Origin: a virus
Direction: 5' to 3' (one strand)
DNA: 64,000 nucleotides
IMG/VR virus record: IMGVR_UViG_3300008267_013251
Span: 1-64,000 of that record
Position 1 is the stretch's first letter. Every line of letters starts with the position of its first letter. Below are positions 29,855 to 39,549 of the stretch, in pieces. The notes under the pieces were generated by a model that made no database searches, was not told the DNA's origin, and saw only the letters and a list, made by a program, of their open reading frames with translations. Made by a program: the position numbers and the translations under genes.

Positions 29855-30051
29855 AAGTTATTTCTTTTAAATGTAGATGATTCACTAAATTGACCGAAGA
29901 CAAAAGATTTCAACATGTCGTTATTGTAAACATCGGACGATTTGAAAGATCGTCCGAATGTTCCGCAATTGCAAACCCTGTTACATAACTCTGTGCAATA
30001 GTAATTGCTTCCCCAGCAGCGAGATATATAATCAGCTAATTTTTGTTGCAT
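29851..30051 (-). CDS. Ser/aromatic/Cys-rich microprotein (dispersed member)
   Basis: MQQKLADYISRCWGSNYYCTELCNRVCNCGTFGRSF...; the start may instead be TTG 30063. Confidence 0.5.
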   Translation of the reverse strand: MQQKLADYISRCWGSNYYCTELCNRVCNCGTFGRSFKSSDVYNNDMLKSFVFGQFSESSTFKRNNF

Positions 30052-30066
30052 ATTTTTTACCAAATA

Positions 30067-30106
30067 AAAAAGCCAAGCAAGAATATTTACTCTTGCTTGG
30101 CTTTTT
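30067..30106. terminator. bidirectional intrinsic terminator
   Basis: AAAAAGCCAAGCAAGA...TCTTGCTTGGCTTTTT. Confidence 0.75.
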
Positions 30107-30125
30107 CTATGAAACTTAAGATTTC

Positions 30126-30452
30126 TTAATCAGCAACTCTGCGCTCTTTTTCAGCAGCAGCCGGATCATATTCCCTCTGACGGCTTACACAAATCCAAGT
30201 ATTAGGAGGACAAGTGATTACATTGTGCTCATCGTGTCCAACTTGCATCTCTTTATCGGAGAGAATGTAGATATCTCCGTTTTCATCTACATAGGATTCA
30301 CAGTCAGAGATGTTAGTTGTCAGCCGGTGAGCATGACCCGTGACTTCACCATAGGCAAATATGCCATCGGTTTTCTTTTTCATTTTGGTGATATCTGGCT
30401 TATTGCAAGCCTTGAAATAGATATCACCTTGTCTTGCTTGGAAACTTTTCAT
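30126..30452 (-). CDS. 'RQGD..GEVTGHAH..HDEH..QREY' conserved protein (usual partner of DUF6745)
   Basis: Characteristic motifs; start moved to MKSFQ after AGGAG. Confidence 0.7.
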   Translation of the reverse strand: MKSFQARQGDIYFKACNKPDITKMKKKTDGIFAYGEVTGHAHRLTTNISDCESYVDENGDIYILSDKEMQVGHDEHNVITCPPNTWICVSRQREYDPAAAEKERRVAD

Positions 30453-30515
30453 GATCTTTCTCCTTTTGAAAGCACAAAATGCCACACACAATCATACCAT
30501 ATGTACGCCAGCCAA

Positions 30516-31124
30516 TCAAGTTTCTTGCATTGGAGCGTAATCATCCGCAGTCATTCTGAAAGTCCATGCAACCGCCTCCTTGCATTTTTTCATGTTAGGA
30601 GGGACCGTCAAATAGTAGTTTTTAAAAGTACCATCTGGCTCTGCGGTACTATTAATCACTTTCAAAACACAAACCGGATCATCAAAAATACCCTTGATAC
30701 TAAAAAGCTCCATGCCTGTTTTTTTGCAGGTATCAACGAGCTTACAGTTTTTGTGAGTACGAATTCTATCGTACCCGATGATTTTAATTCCTACATATCG
30801 TATTTCAGCATTTTGATGCTTCAATACCTCTTCAACTGTCAAAATCTCTGGCTCACCCACAGCTTGGTGATAGCGTGGAGGAATCCTAATGTTTTCGTAA
30901 TAGTAAGTAATGCTGCCATGAATATCGGCATCAATCCCATGCTTTCTGCCGTCACGATACCAAATGATTCTCGTAGGCGATCTCCATGCCGGTTCATTAT
31001 CGGCATGCAGTCTACCTTCTTCGTTTTTAATTGTAACAATTCCCTCTTCCGGTTTGGTAAACGGGAACTCTTGGCCCATGAATTCAAGTCGAGCTTTCCA
31101 AGAATTGAATCCGGTATTTTTCAT
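30516..31124 (-). CDS. DUF6745-like protein with 'GRLH..EPA..WY.DG..H' domain
   Basis: 'NAEIR..I..IG', 'V.NST.EPDG..K.YYL.VPP.....EAVAWTF....DY.P..ET'; start moved to MKNTG after GGAGG. Confidence 0.7.
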   Translation of the reverse strand: MKNTGFNSWKARLEFMGQEFPFTKPEEGIVTIKNEEGRLHADNEPAWRSPTRIIWYRDGRKHGIDADIHGSITYYYENIRIPPRYHQAVGEPEILTVEEVLKHQNAEIRYVGIKIIGYDRIRTHKNCKLVDTCKKTGMELFSIKGIFDDPVCVLKVINSTAEPDGTFKNYYLTVPPNMKKCKEAVAWTFRMTADDYAPMQET

Positions 31125-31161
31125 TTGATTCCCTCCACTACAATAAATCAAAATTACAACA

Positions 31162-31196
31162 AAACTCTTCCTGTTTTTTGGAAACAGGAAGAGTTT
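31162..31196 (-). terminator. perfect 15-bp hairpin, probable terminator
   Basis: AAACTCTTCCTGTTT/AAACAGGAAGAGTTT just downstream of the 31208 stop. Confidence 0.65.
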
Positions 31197-31207
31197 ACAT
31201 TGACATA

Positions 31208-31525
31208 TCAATCATTTAAATCGGCAAAACACCAAGCTGGTTGGTAAATCAGTTCGACAGCGTTGATACTGATGATAACAGATGATCCAATTGGGTCTTC
31301 ATTGCTAGGCCTTTCTTGGCTGCTAGCACCGGAGCTTTCAACAGCACGGGCTTGGGCAATGATGCAGTAGTCCTTGCCAACCTTGCTCAAAATACCCCTA
31401 TAATTGAATCTGGCGCACAAAATGGCCACAGGCTGGCCAATGTATGCCTTCATCGCATCACCGATAGTTTCAGCATGCGTCTTATCAATTTCAACACGAT
31501 CAAAAGCGGGCTTCGACTTAGCCAT
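31208..31525 (-). CDS. putative Sm/LSm-fold protein
   Basis: 'YIGQPVAILC..FNYRGIL..V..DYCII..A..V' and 'VIISINAVELI' fit Sm1/Sm2 strand patterns; GGGAGG RBS. Confidence 0.55.
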   Translation of the reverse strand: MAKSKPAFDRVEIDKTHAETIGDAMKAYIGQPVAILCARFNYRGILSKVGKDYCIIAQARAVESSGASSQERPSNEDPIGSSVIISINAVELIYQPAWCFADLND

Positions 31526-31666
31526 TTTAATTTTCCTCCCTGTTGAACAGAATTATTCATCAAAACCGAAGTCTTTATACCAATCGGCTGAAACAAAAAC
31601 AACCAAAATTGTTGAAAAAACTTGGGAACTCATATAAACTGAAAAATCCTCTCAGGAGCCTCTCTC

Positions 31667-31906
31667 ATGCGTGGAATCAACTACAGGTCGTTGAATGAAA
31701 AATGGATTTCAATCATCGACAAGCTTTGTGACGAAAAAACACCTCATGATGTTTTAGGTGTCGTGGTAGACCACTTGAAAGCAACAAAAGTAATCACAGA
31801 AAAAATGGGCTACAAATCTGAAAATTTAGCTCATGGAATAAGGGAATTGGAAAGAGGAATCATGCATATTAAATTAGGGATGAAGCACATTGATCCAGAA
31901 GGTTGA
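31667..31906 (+). CDS. hypothetical protein coupled to dnaE
   Basis: AGGAG RBS; overlaps the start of dnaE. Confidence 0.6.
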   Translation: MRGINYRSLNEKWISIIDKLCDEKTPHDVLGVVVDHLKATKVITEKMGYKSENLAHGIRELERGIMHIKLGMKHIDPEG

Positions 31907-33605
31907 AAAATATTTCAGAAGAAAGCTACCTCAAGAAGAAGCCTATCTGGCCAGATATGCCAGAGAAATGGCTTTGATTGAGAAATTTGGTTTTGCTGAA
32001 TCATTCATTCAAGTCAGAGAAATTCTGGACTTGGTTCCTGAATATCGTTTTATCACTAGAGGCTCTGCCGGATGTAGCTTAATTTGTTATTTAATGGGCA
32101 TCCACAATATGGACCCTGTTAAAAACAATTTTGTCTTGAGCCGTTTCATGCATGAAAACCGCTCAGACCTTCCAGATATTGACATAGACTTTGCATATAA
32201 CCAAAGAGATAGTGTAATAGAATTAGTCAAAGAAAAATACCCAAATAGAGTTGCAAGAATAAGCAATCATGTTTTATACCGTCCTAACTCTGCTGTTCGA
32301 CAAGCCATAAGGGAACATGGCAATAGAAAATTTATGCCCAAGTATTTTGATTTTGAAAATATTGCTGGTTCTAGAATTGAATCTATTCTGGATAGAGCCA
32401 AAGAATTAGAAGGAACTTTTAAAAATTACTCCCTGCATTGTGGAGGAATTGTTGTTTTCCCAGATTGTGTTCCCGAAGAATTAAAGCTTACAAATGATCA
32501 AATTAAATTGAATAAGGATGAAGTTGAACAAAAAGGATTGTTCAAGATTGATATTTTGTGCAACAGGGGTTTGGCACAACTAAACGAACTATCTTCTAGA
32601 AGTTTAGAAGATTATCCAGAATACGATGAATCAACTGCAAATCTGTTTCGTTCAGGCAATACATGGGGAGTAACTTTTGGAGAAAGCCCTGCTCAGAGAC
32701 GATTGCATGTTGATGTCCAGCCAAAATGCAGAAAAGATGTGATATTTTCGCTTGCCTTGATAAGACCATTGCCTTCGGCTGATGGAAGAAAAATTCGTGT
32801 ATTAGATCAATTCCATAAGGAAAGAAACCATCGTGGTCAATTAATATATGACGATGATGGAATTCTTTTTATTCAGAAGCTTTTAAACTGTTCTGAATCA
32901 GATGCAGAACTATATCGTAAAGGATTTGGTAAAAAAAACAAAATCAAAATGGATGAATTTGCTGAAAAGATAAAATATCATCCAGAAAAAGAATTCATTC
33001 TAAAAGAGCTTGGTTATTTTTCTCTTTACAGTTTTTGTCATGCTCATGCGACTAGTTATGGCAATTTAGTCTGGGCTTTGGCATACGAAAAAGTTCGTCA
33101 ACCAAAGAAATTTTGGTGGTCTGCTTTGAATCATGCTCAATCTTTGTATAGACCTTGGGTCCATATACAGGAGGCTAAGAAAGCCGGTTTGAAATTTGCT
33201 GCCTTTGGCAAAGGGCCTTGGAAACTAATAGGAGATGAACTGCATCCTAAATTTCCAGAATCTTCTGGTGATGGTTGGCACCAATATCAACAAAGAGGAT
33301 ATTGGATAAGCAATAGATTTATGCCGGGAATGTTTTCCAAAGAAAATAATAATTATGTTAATTTTAAAGGATTGATTGCCACAGGCAGACACCATACAGT
33401 TCATGGTAGGAAGATAACATTTATAACAATTGGAACATCCATGAACAAATATTATGATTTAGTTTTAGATGGAGCACACGAATTTGACAGATATGACACA
33501 ATTGAAGGAGAAGGAATATTTTCTAACAGATCAATTCAATGTAGTAAATATATATTTTCAAAATTAAATAAAGTCCCAAATCAAAAAATGCTTTTTGAAA
33601 TTTAA
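31890..33605 (+). CDS. dnaE: DNA polymerase III alpha subunit-like (family C), lacking the PHP domain
   Basis: RGSAGCSLICYLMGI, SRF, PDIDIDF, HCGG, KIDIL, ALIRP, YSFCHAHATSY. Confidence 0.85.
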   Translation: MIQKVEKYFRRKLPQEEAYLARYAREMALIEKFGFAESFIQVREILDLVPEYRFITRGSAGCSLICYLMGIHNMDPVKNNFVLSRFMHENRSDLPDIDIDFAYNQRDSVIELVKEKYPNRVARISNHVLYRPNSAVRQAIREHGNRKFMPKYFDFENIAGSRIESILDRAKELEGTFKNYSLHCGGIVVFPDCVPEELKLTNDQIKLNKDEVEQKGLFKIDILCNRGLAQLNELSSRSLEDYPEYDESTANLFRSGNTWGVTFGESPAQRRLHVDVQPKCRKDVIFSLALIRPLPSADGRKIRVLDQFHKERNHRGQLIYDDDGILFIQKLLNCSESDAELYRKGFGKKNKIKMDEFAEKIKYHPEKEFILKELGYFSLYSFCHAHATSYGNLVWALAYEKVRQPKKFWWSALNHAQSLYRPWVHIQEAKKAGLKFAAFGKGPWKLIGDELHPKFPESSGDGWHQYQQRGYWISNRFMPGMFSKENNNYVNFKGLIATGRHHTVHGRKITFITIGTSMNKYYDLVLDGAHEFDRYDTIEGEGIFSNRSIQCSKYIFSKLNKVPNQKMLFEI

Positions 33606-35176
33606 TTCAAGTTATTCTTGAAATATAAATCTTCGCAAACAAAACCATTCAGTTTTGTTTGTTTCAAAACTTCAAACGCATCTTTTAATGTTGTAAGAAT
33701 TGGCTTGCCTTTTATGTTGAAAGAAGTATTCAGTAAGATGGGCTCACCACCTAATTTTTCAATTTCATCGAGTATTTTATACAGCTTGTAATTTTGCTCC
33801 TTTGTAACTGTTTGAATTCTACAAGTATTATCGACATGCGTAATGGATGGCCATCGATACTCTTCTTTCAAAGTAGGACAAAATGTCATGTGTCTTGATT
33901 CACAGGCATTATAGAAATATTTATCGAGAGCATCCAGTTTCGTGACTGCTCCAAAAGGTCTGAACCATTCTCTAAATTTTATTTCACTATTCAACTTATT
34001 TTTCAGGTCTGGAATATCAGGATAACAAAGAATACTGCGATTGCCCAAAGCTCTCGGGCCACATTCACTTTTGCCTTGCATGAGCCCTATTATTTGTTTT
34101 TCAAAAAATAATAAATTAGCAATACTAGATTCTCTGATGTATTCGCAGTTAAATTCATGATCTCGATAGTCTTCATCTAAAATATCAAAACCAGCATAGG
34201 TGAGGTCAATATTTTTATCTTTATAAATATCGGCTAAAACTCCAAAAGTTAACCCGCAGTCACCAACATTCGGTGGCACATAAATATTGTATCCCATTTC
34301 AAATAACTTTTGATTCACAACAATATTCATGGCACAACCTCCAACCATGCATATGTTTGAACCTTTAGGTATCTTCATAAGATTGAATAATCTAAAAAAC
34401 TTATCTTCAAAAGCCCATTGGATGGTAGCAGCAAAATCTAACTCATCCTGTCCAGACAAGGTGTGCCAATGCTGGACATATAAACCTATTTGATTTGCCA
34501 AAGCATTCAAACTTAAATATCCGGGATTATCGAAATATTTGGCTATTGGAATTTTCCACTCTTCCCGTGGTTTTCCATGGGCGCAAAGACCCATCAGTTT
34601 GCCTGCTCTCGGCAATCCAAAGAATTCTGATCCGTTTATTGAAGACAAACAAATAGAAAGATCAATATAACAATCACCCAAGCTAAATGCTGTGTGAGGG
34701 GTGAATTCTCTTAACTTAATTATTTCATTGTGTTTGGCATGCCAGAATACGAAAGAACTCATGGTATGATTTGTATTCTTGCCAGAACCATCGTAGCTTA
34801 TTATGTAGCATTCATCAAATGGAGATTGATAATATGCACTACAGGCATGAGAATAGTGGTGATCATAGCTTCTGAAGTTTTTAATATCAAAAATTGAATT
34901 CAAGACAGCCAAATCTTGAGCATACATGTCATGATAATAAAAATTTTCTATTCGATTGTCTTTATGTTTGTTTTTTATGTGAACAAAAAAATTGTTGAAC
35001 TCATCTTCTGTAGGAGTTAAAAAAGATACATTTTCTTCTAATTCAAATTCTCTGGTGATAAGAGAATACCTTCTCCCGAAGAATCTCTCAGCTTCATAAA
35101 TATGATATTTACCATCATCATCTCTGATACAAACAGAACCATCATGGTAGCCATAAACTGCCATGTCCACAATCAC
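33602..35176 (-). CDS. carbamoyltransferase (NodU/CmcH/TobZ family)
   Basis: HDGS, EAER, HHxSHA, DGxG, AGKLMGL, GGCAMN, GDCG, ECGPRALGNRSIL, KFREWFRPF, HVDNTCRIQTV, LNTSFN. Confidence 0.93.
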   Translation of the reverse strand: MIVDMAVYGYHDGSVCIRDDDGKYHIYEAERFFGRRYSLITREFELEENVSFLTPTEDEFNNFFVHIKNKHKDNRIENFYYHDMYAQDLAVLNSIFDIKNFRSYDHHYSHACSAYYQSPFDECYIISYDGSGKNTNHTMSSFVFWHAKHNEIIKLREFTPHTAFSLGDCYIDLSICLSSINGSEFFGLPRAGKLMGLCAHGKPREEWKIPIAKYFDNPGYLSLNALANQIGLYVQHWHTLSGQDELDFAATIQWAFEDKFFRLFNLMKIPKGSNICMVGGCAMNIVVNQKLFEMGYNIYVPPNVGDCGLTFGVLADIYKDKNIDLTYAGFDILDEDYRDHEFNCEYIRESSIANLLFFEKQIIGLMQGKSECGPRALGNRSILCYPDIPDLKNKLNSEIKFREWFRPFGAVTKLDALDKYFYNACESRHMTFCPTLKEEYRWPSITHVDNTCRIQTVTKEQNYKLYKILDEIEKLGGEPILLNTSFNIKGKPILTTLKDAFEVLKQTKLNGFVCEDLYFKNNLN

Positions 35177-36738
35177 ACCTCTCTCGTATAATATAAATTA
35201 TTGTGTACAAAGCCATTAAGCTTAGTTTGTTCTAAAACCTCAAATGCATCTCGCATAGTAGTTAAAATTGGCTTACCCTTTATATTAAATGATGTATTCA
35301 GAAGGATTCCCTCTCCTCCTAGATTCTCTATTTGAGTAAGAATGTCATACAAATCGGGATGCTGAAGTCGAGTAACCGTTTGTATTCTGCAAGTGTTATC
35401 AACATGTGTAATTGATGGCCACCTGTATTGTTCTTTCAAAATTGGACAAAAATTCATAAATGGTGATTCGCAAGCCTTGTAAAAATATTTTTCCAAGTTT
35501 TCCAACTTTGTTACTGCTCCAAATGGTCTATACCATTCTCTAAATTTGATTTCACTATTTAACTTATTTTTTAAATTTGCAATATCTGGGTAGCAAAGAA
35601 TACTACGGTTACCCAAAGCTCTAGGACCACACTCACTATTGCCATGAATGTAACCAATAATTTTCTTTTGCTCAAAAAGAATTTTTGCTATTTCTTGATT
35701 GGTGACATCGTGTCTGTAAAAACTACTATCGTAATACCCATAATCTAAAATCTCATAACCACAATATGTTGCATCTATTTTTCTATCTTGGTTTTCATGG
35801 GCTACAACCCCAAGTGTAATGCCACAGTCCCCACTATTAGGTGGAACATAGACATTATATCCCATCTCAAATAGCTTTTGATTTACAATTATATTAAGGG
35901 CGCAACCTCCAGCAAGACATAAATTTGAATTCGGAGGAATATTTAAATCGTTGAAAATTCCAAAAAACTTATCTTCAAAAGCCCATTGAATAGTTGCTGC
36001 AAAATCTAACTCATCCCTGCCAGATATCGTGTCATATTCTCTTGGATCAAATCCAACAACATTAGCAACACCTTGGGCTGCATCTTTGGAACCGCTATCA
36101 AAGAACTCTCTTATAACTTGCTTCCATGCTTCTCTTGGTTGACCATAAGAACAAAGACCCATCAGCTTACCAGCGCTGGGCAAACCAAAATTTTTCTTCT
36201 TTTTGATCGAAGCCAGACAATTTGTAAGTGCGATGTAACAATTACCAAGGCTGTATGAACCCCATGGCTGGAAGTCGTTTAATTTTTTTACTTCTGTTGG
36301 CGTTGCGTACCACAGCACAAAACTACTTTCTGGACCAACTAAGTTTTTTCCATTTCCATCATATGTGATGATATATGTTTCATCAAAAGGACATTGGCAA
36401 TATGCGCTCCAAGCATGTGCATCATGATGATTGAAGCTTCTGAAATTTTGGACATGAAAAAATTGCTTGATTTTATTGATATCTGGAGGATACATGTCGT
36501 GATAGTAAAGATTTTCAATAGTTTCAAATTTATGTTTGTTTTTGATGTGATCAAAGAATGCATGAAATTGCGAATCTGAAGGAACTAAATGCCCAACAAT
36601 AGGATGATTTTTGAACTCTTGAGTCAGTATCGAGTATCTTTTTCCGAAAAATCTTTCCGCTTCATAAATGTAATAACGACCGTTATCTTTCAAACATAAA
36701 GATGCGTCATGGTATCCATAAATAGCTACATTTTTCAT
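35173..36738 (-). CDS. carbamoyltransferase (NodU/CmcH/TobZ family), tandem paralog
   Basis: Same motif set; start MKNVAIYG at the TAATG overlap. Confidence 0.93.
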   Translation of the reverse strand: MKNVAIYGYHDASLCLKDNGRYYIYEAERFFGKRYSILTQEFKNHPIVGHLVPSDSQFHAFFDHIKNKHKFETIENLYYHDMYPPDINKIKQFFHVQNFRSFNHHDAHAWSAYCQCPFDETYIITYDGNGKNLVGPESSFVLWYATPTEVKKLNDFQPWGSYSLGNCYIALTNCLASIKKKKNFGLPSAGKLMGLCSYGQPREAWKQVIREFFDSGSKDAAQGVANVVGFDPREYDTISGRDELDFAATIQWAFEDKFFGIFNDLNIPPNSNLCLAGGCALNIIVNQKLFEMGYNVYVPPNSGDCGITLGVVAHENQDRKIDATYCGYEILDYGYYDSSFYRHDVTNQEIAKILFEQKKIIGYIHGNSECGPRALGNRSILCYPDIANLKNKLNSEIKFREWYRPFGAVTKLENLEKYFYKACESPFMNFCPILKEQYRWPSITHVDNTCRIQTVTRLQHPDLYDILTQIENLGGEGILLNTSFNIKGKPILTTMRDAFEVLEQTKLNGFVHNNLYYTREV

Positions 36739-37868
36739 TAGTGCATTTGGTTGCATTCAAGAGCTAAGCGATGTAAGTCTTGTACCAATGTTCCTGTATT
36801 GTGGTAAGCATCGTCTTCAAGAACAACACAAAGACTCGGATAAGGGTTAGTTCTTTGAGGGTCCATCATTCGAGTTGTGACTTGTAGCATCTCTGCAAAT
36901 CTTTTATTGCGATGGTAAAGCCAAGCCAATCTCTTAAGATGTTCATTCCTTCTTGGGCAAGTCATTTCAGCAGTTTTAAGAGCCCAAATCTCTTTTTCTA
37001 AATCTCCCATCACGGAGTATAAATGTGCCATACACAGAAATCCTGTGTATGCCATTTCATCAACATATTTAATTGTTCCAGCTGACATAAACTGGTGTCT
37101 TACTTCAAGGAATCTCTCAAAATAAAACAATCCTCGCCTAGCTAGTTCATGATTATGCAATTCACCAAATGGGAGATGACCAGATGGCACATTATCATGA
37201 TAACTTTTACCCAAGTACCACAAGTGATACTGGTCGGTCAGCATCTCCTTCTTCACGATCATGTCTTTTTCTAATTCAAGAGCATCGATGTAATACTTGA
37301 ATGGATTTGAGTAGGTCTGCCCATCTGCAATCACTTTGTGACGAAAACTAGGTGGCAGTTGAACTCTTTGGAAATTTTCTCCTACATTATCCCTGTCCAA
37401 CATGATACATTCATGGCGCTTATCATGCTTGAACTTCCATGGCAATTTGGCATTCCAAAGCCAACAGCGGTAGTAATTTACGACACCAGATTTAGCTGGT
37501 ACATCAAAACTTTGAATGCTGGTTTCATCAAAAATTGACCAGTCGAAGTCATCATCAACCTCTAACACTTCATCTGCATCAACCCGCAAAATCCAATCAC
37601 AACCATGATCTGCTTTCAAACATGTTTGAACTGTGTGATCTCGATTCTGACCCATGCAGCCAGACCAAGGAATTTCGTAAAGAAATCCCGGAATGCCTTT
37701 CTCTGCGAAGAAGTTTTTGATCAAATCTTGAGTTCCATCCGTAGAACCGTTGTCTTGAATTACCCAATAATCTACATATTTGTAGACCGATTCAAGCATT
37801 CTAAGGATGCAATGGCTCTCATTTGAAACCATTGTGTTAAAAACAAATTTTGCTTTACACTTTTTCAT
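36738..37868 (-). CDS. glycosyltransferase family 2 with C-terminal TPR-like helices
   Basis: 'VSNESHCILRMLES', 'DNGSTDGT', 'DADE', 'YLGKSY'. Confidence 0.85.
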   Translation of the reverse strand: MKKCKAKFVFNTMVSNESHCILRMLESVYKYVDYWVIQDNGSTDGTQDLIKNFFAEKGIPGFLYEIPWSGCMGQNRDHTVQTCLKADHGCDWILRVDADEVLEVDDDFDWSIFDETSIQSFDVPAKSGVVNYYRCWLWNAKLPWKFKHDKRHECIMLDRDNVGENFQRVQLPPSFRHKVIADGQTYSNPFKYYIDALELEKDMIVKKEMLTDQYHLWYLGKSYHDNVPSGHLPFGELHNHELARRGLFYFERFLEVRHQFMSAGTIKYVDEMAYTGFLCMAHLYSVMGDLEKEIWALKTAEMTCPRRNEHLKRLAWLYHRNKRFAEMLQVTTRMMDPQRTNPYPSLCVVLEDDAYHNTGTLVQDLHRLALECNQMH

Positions 37869-37899
37869 AAAATTATTTTAGTTAATCATTTTGAAATTA

Positions 37900-38514
37900 T
37901 TAAGCAAAAATGTCTTTTTTCATTTTTTGCCAAAGTTCAAATGCAAGAACGACATCAACATCTGATCGATGTATACCTTGAGAATTAATTTCGTACATAT
38001 TGTACATCGATTGACTGTTTATATACTTTAAATCAGATTTGAGCTTACCGCTATCAAGAGCAGCAGACGCAATAATTAACGGATCAATTTGTTTTCTGGG
38101 CAACAAACTATCAATCTTCATATTGAATGTATTGCAAGCTTTCTTTATGAATGACAAATCAAATTGAACATTCATTCCTAACAAAAAATCACAATCAGTT
38201 GCGTTTTCAAGCAACCAGCTGACGAAGAAACGCACAAATGTGCTATAATTTTCTATGAGATAATAACCTTTTTCTGTTGTTCCCTCTATTATGTCTTTTG
38301 TAAGAACAGAAAAATACTCTGTCTGAAACAGACTAATTCCATTAACCTTGAGGGCAGAAGCATCTATTGTAAACTGCTGCCAGTCTTTGTTAGCTCCATG
38401 CCATTGGGAAACTTTCTTTTTTCCATCGTATACGACTGCACTTAAAGTAATTAATCCATGTATTTCTGGATCGAGACCAGTTGTTTCACAATCAACTACA
38501 AGATACTTTGACAT
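37900..38514 (-). CDS. DnaQ/DEDDh 3'-5' exonuclease
   Basis: DCETTG, NVQFD, HRSDVD. Confidence 0.9.
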   Translation of the reverse strand: MSKYLVVDCETTGLDPEIHGLITLSAVVYDGKKKVSQWHGANKDWQQFTIDASALKVNGISLFQTEYFSVLTKDIIEGTTEKGYYLIENYSTFVRFFVSWLLENATDCDFLLGMNVQFDLSFIKKACNTFNMKIDSLLPRKQIDPLIIASAALDSGKLKSDLKYINSQSMYNMYEINSQGIHRSDVDVVLAFELWQKMKKDIFA

Positions 38515-38615
38515 GGGAATCCTCCAAGTAATAGTTTTATTTTACTGATACAAAATCGAATGACAACTAAAATAAAAATAAAAATAATAAATAGTCTAGA
38601 TAAAATGGAGAGACC

Positions 38616-39548
38616 ATGGACCTAAGCTACTTAAAAAAAGTGGACCCAGACTTCTTGTATGATGAACGCAAACATGATACCGAATACCCCTGCATAACAT
38701 TTTTTTATAATAAATCCTTTCATCATGTAGACTGTCCCGAAGCACATGATGACTTAGCAAATAATAAAACTACATTTTATGATATTTTCCCAAAAGCCAA
38801 AGGCGTTGTGACATCTTTTCAAATAGAAGATTTATTAAACTATAAAACTAAAGAAAATTTTCCATTTTTAGATGCCAAGCTCAAAGAAATGGGAATCAAT
38901 CCATCAGATTGGAAGTCTACTTTTGGCATACGAGGGAAATGCCTAAATTTTGGAGATGCTCTGGCGGGGAGAATTGCAGTACTAGACAAAGAACTTGTCA
39001 TAGCGTTTTGGCAAGGCAAAGAACATCCAAAGTTTGAAACCTTTTTGCATGATCCCGCAGTCACTTCTGAAATTTTTAAAAGATACGGAAAAGGCATGGC
39101 AAAAGAATGGGCAATCGTCCCCTTCAAAGGAGAACCATATCTTTTTTCACCAATTGCTGACAAGTCAGCACCTGAAGAAGCGCCAAGAAAAATTGCTAAA
39201 CTACCTCTCAAACCTGAATATGTTATAAATGGGATTAAAGTAAAATCCGAAGATATGGTTAAACTAAGAGGATTAATTCACAGCAGCCCAGCAGAATCTA
39301 AAATGTATCAAGCTGCACTTTCAATACTTTGCCACCCTGACATGCAAAAACACCCAGAATTGACTGGATTTATTCCAAACCAATGTTTGCCCAAGAGCAA
39401 TATCAAAGTGGACCCTTACCTAGCATCTGGGAAAGAACTCTACATGTTATCCAAGAAGCCTGCGCCAACTAGTCTGCTTTATCCAGCTTGGAGATCACAA
39501 TCCGAAGGCCATTTGAATTTTGCAGAGTGGTTTAGACAAGAATCATAA
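38616..39548 (+). CDS. hypothetical protein ending in an F-x-E-W motif
   Basis: Long ORF with GGAG RBS; C-terminus LNFAEWFRQES. Confidence 0.65.
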   Translation: MDLSYLKKVDPDFLYDERKHDTEYPCITFFYNKSFHHVDCPEAHDDLANNKTTFYDIFPKAKGVVTSFQIEDLLNYKTKENFPFLDAKLKEMGINPSDWKSTFGIRGKCLNFGDALAGRIAVLDKELVIAFWQGKEHPKFETFLHDPAVTSEIFKRYGKGMAKEWAIVPFKGEPYLFSPIADKSAPEEAPRKIAKLPLKPEYVINGIKVKSEDMVKLRGLIHSSPAESKMYQAALSILCHPDMQKHPELTGFIPNQCLPKSNIKVDPYLASGKELYMLSKKPAPTSLLYPAWRSQSEGHLNFAEWFRQES

Positions 39549-39549
39549 A

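Noticed and set aside
30225-31247. 340-aa plus-strand ORF
   Set aside because: Antisense to two motif-bearing genes with RBSs; no recognisable features of its own.
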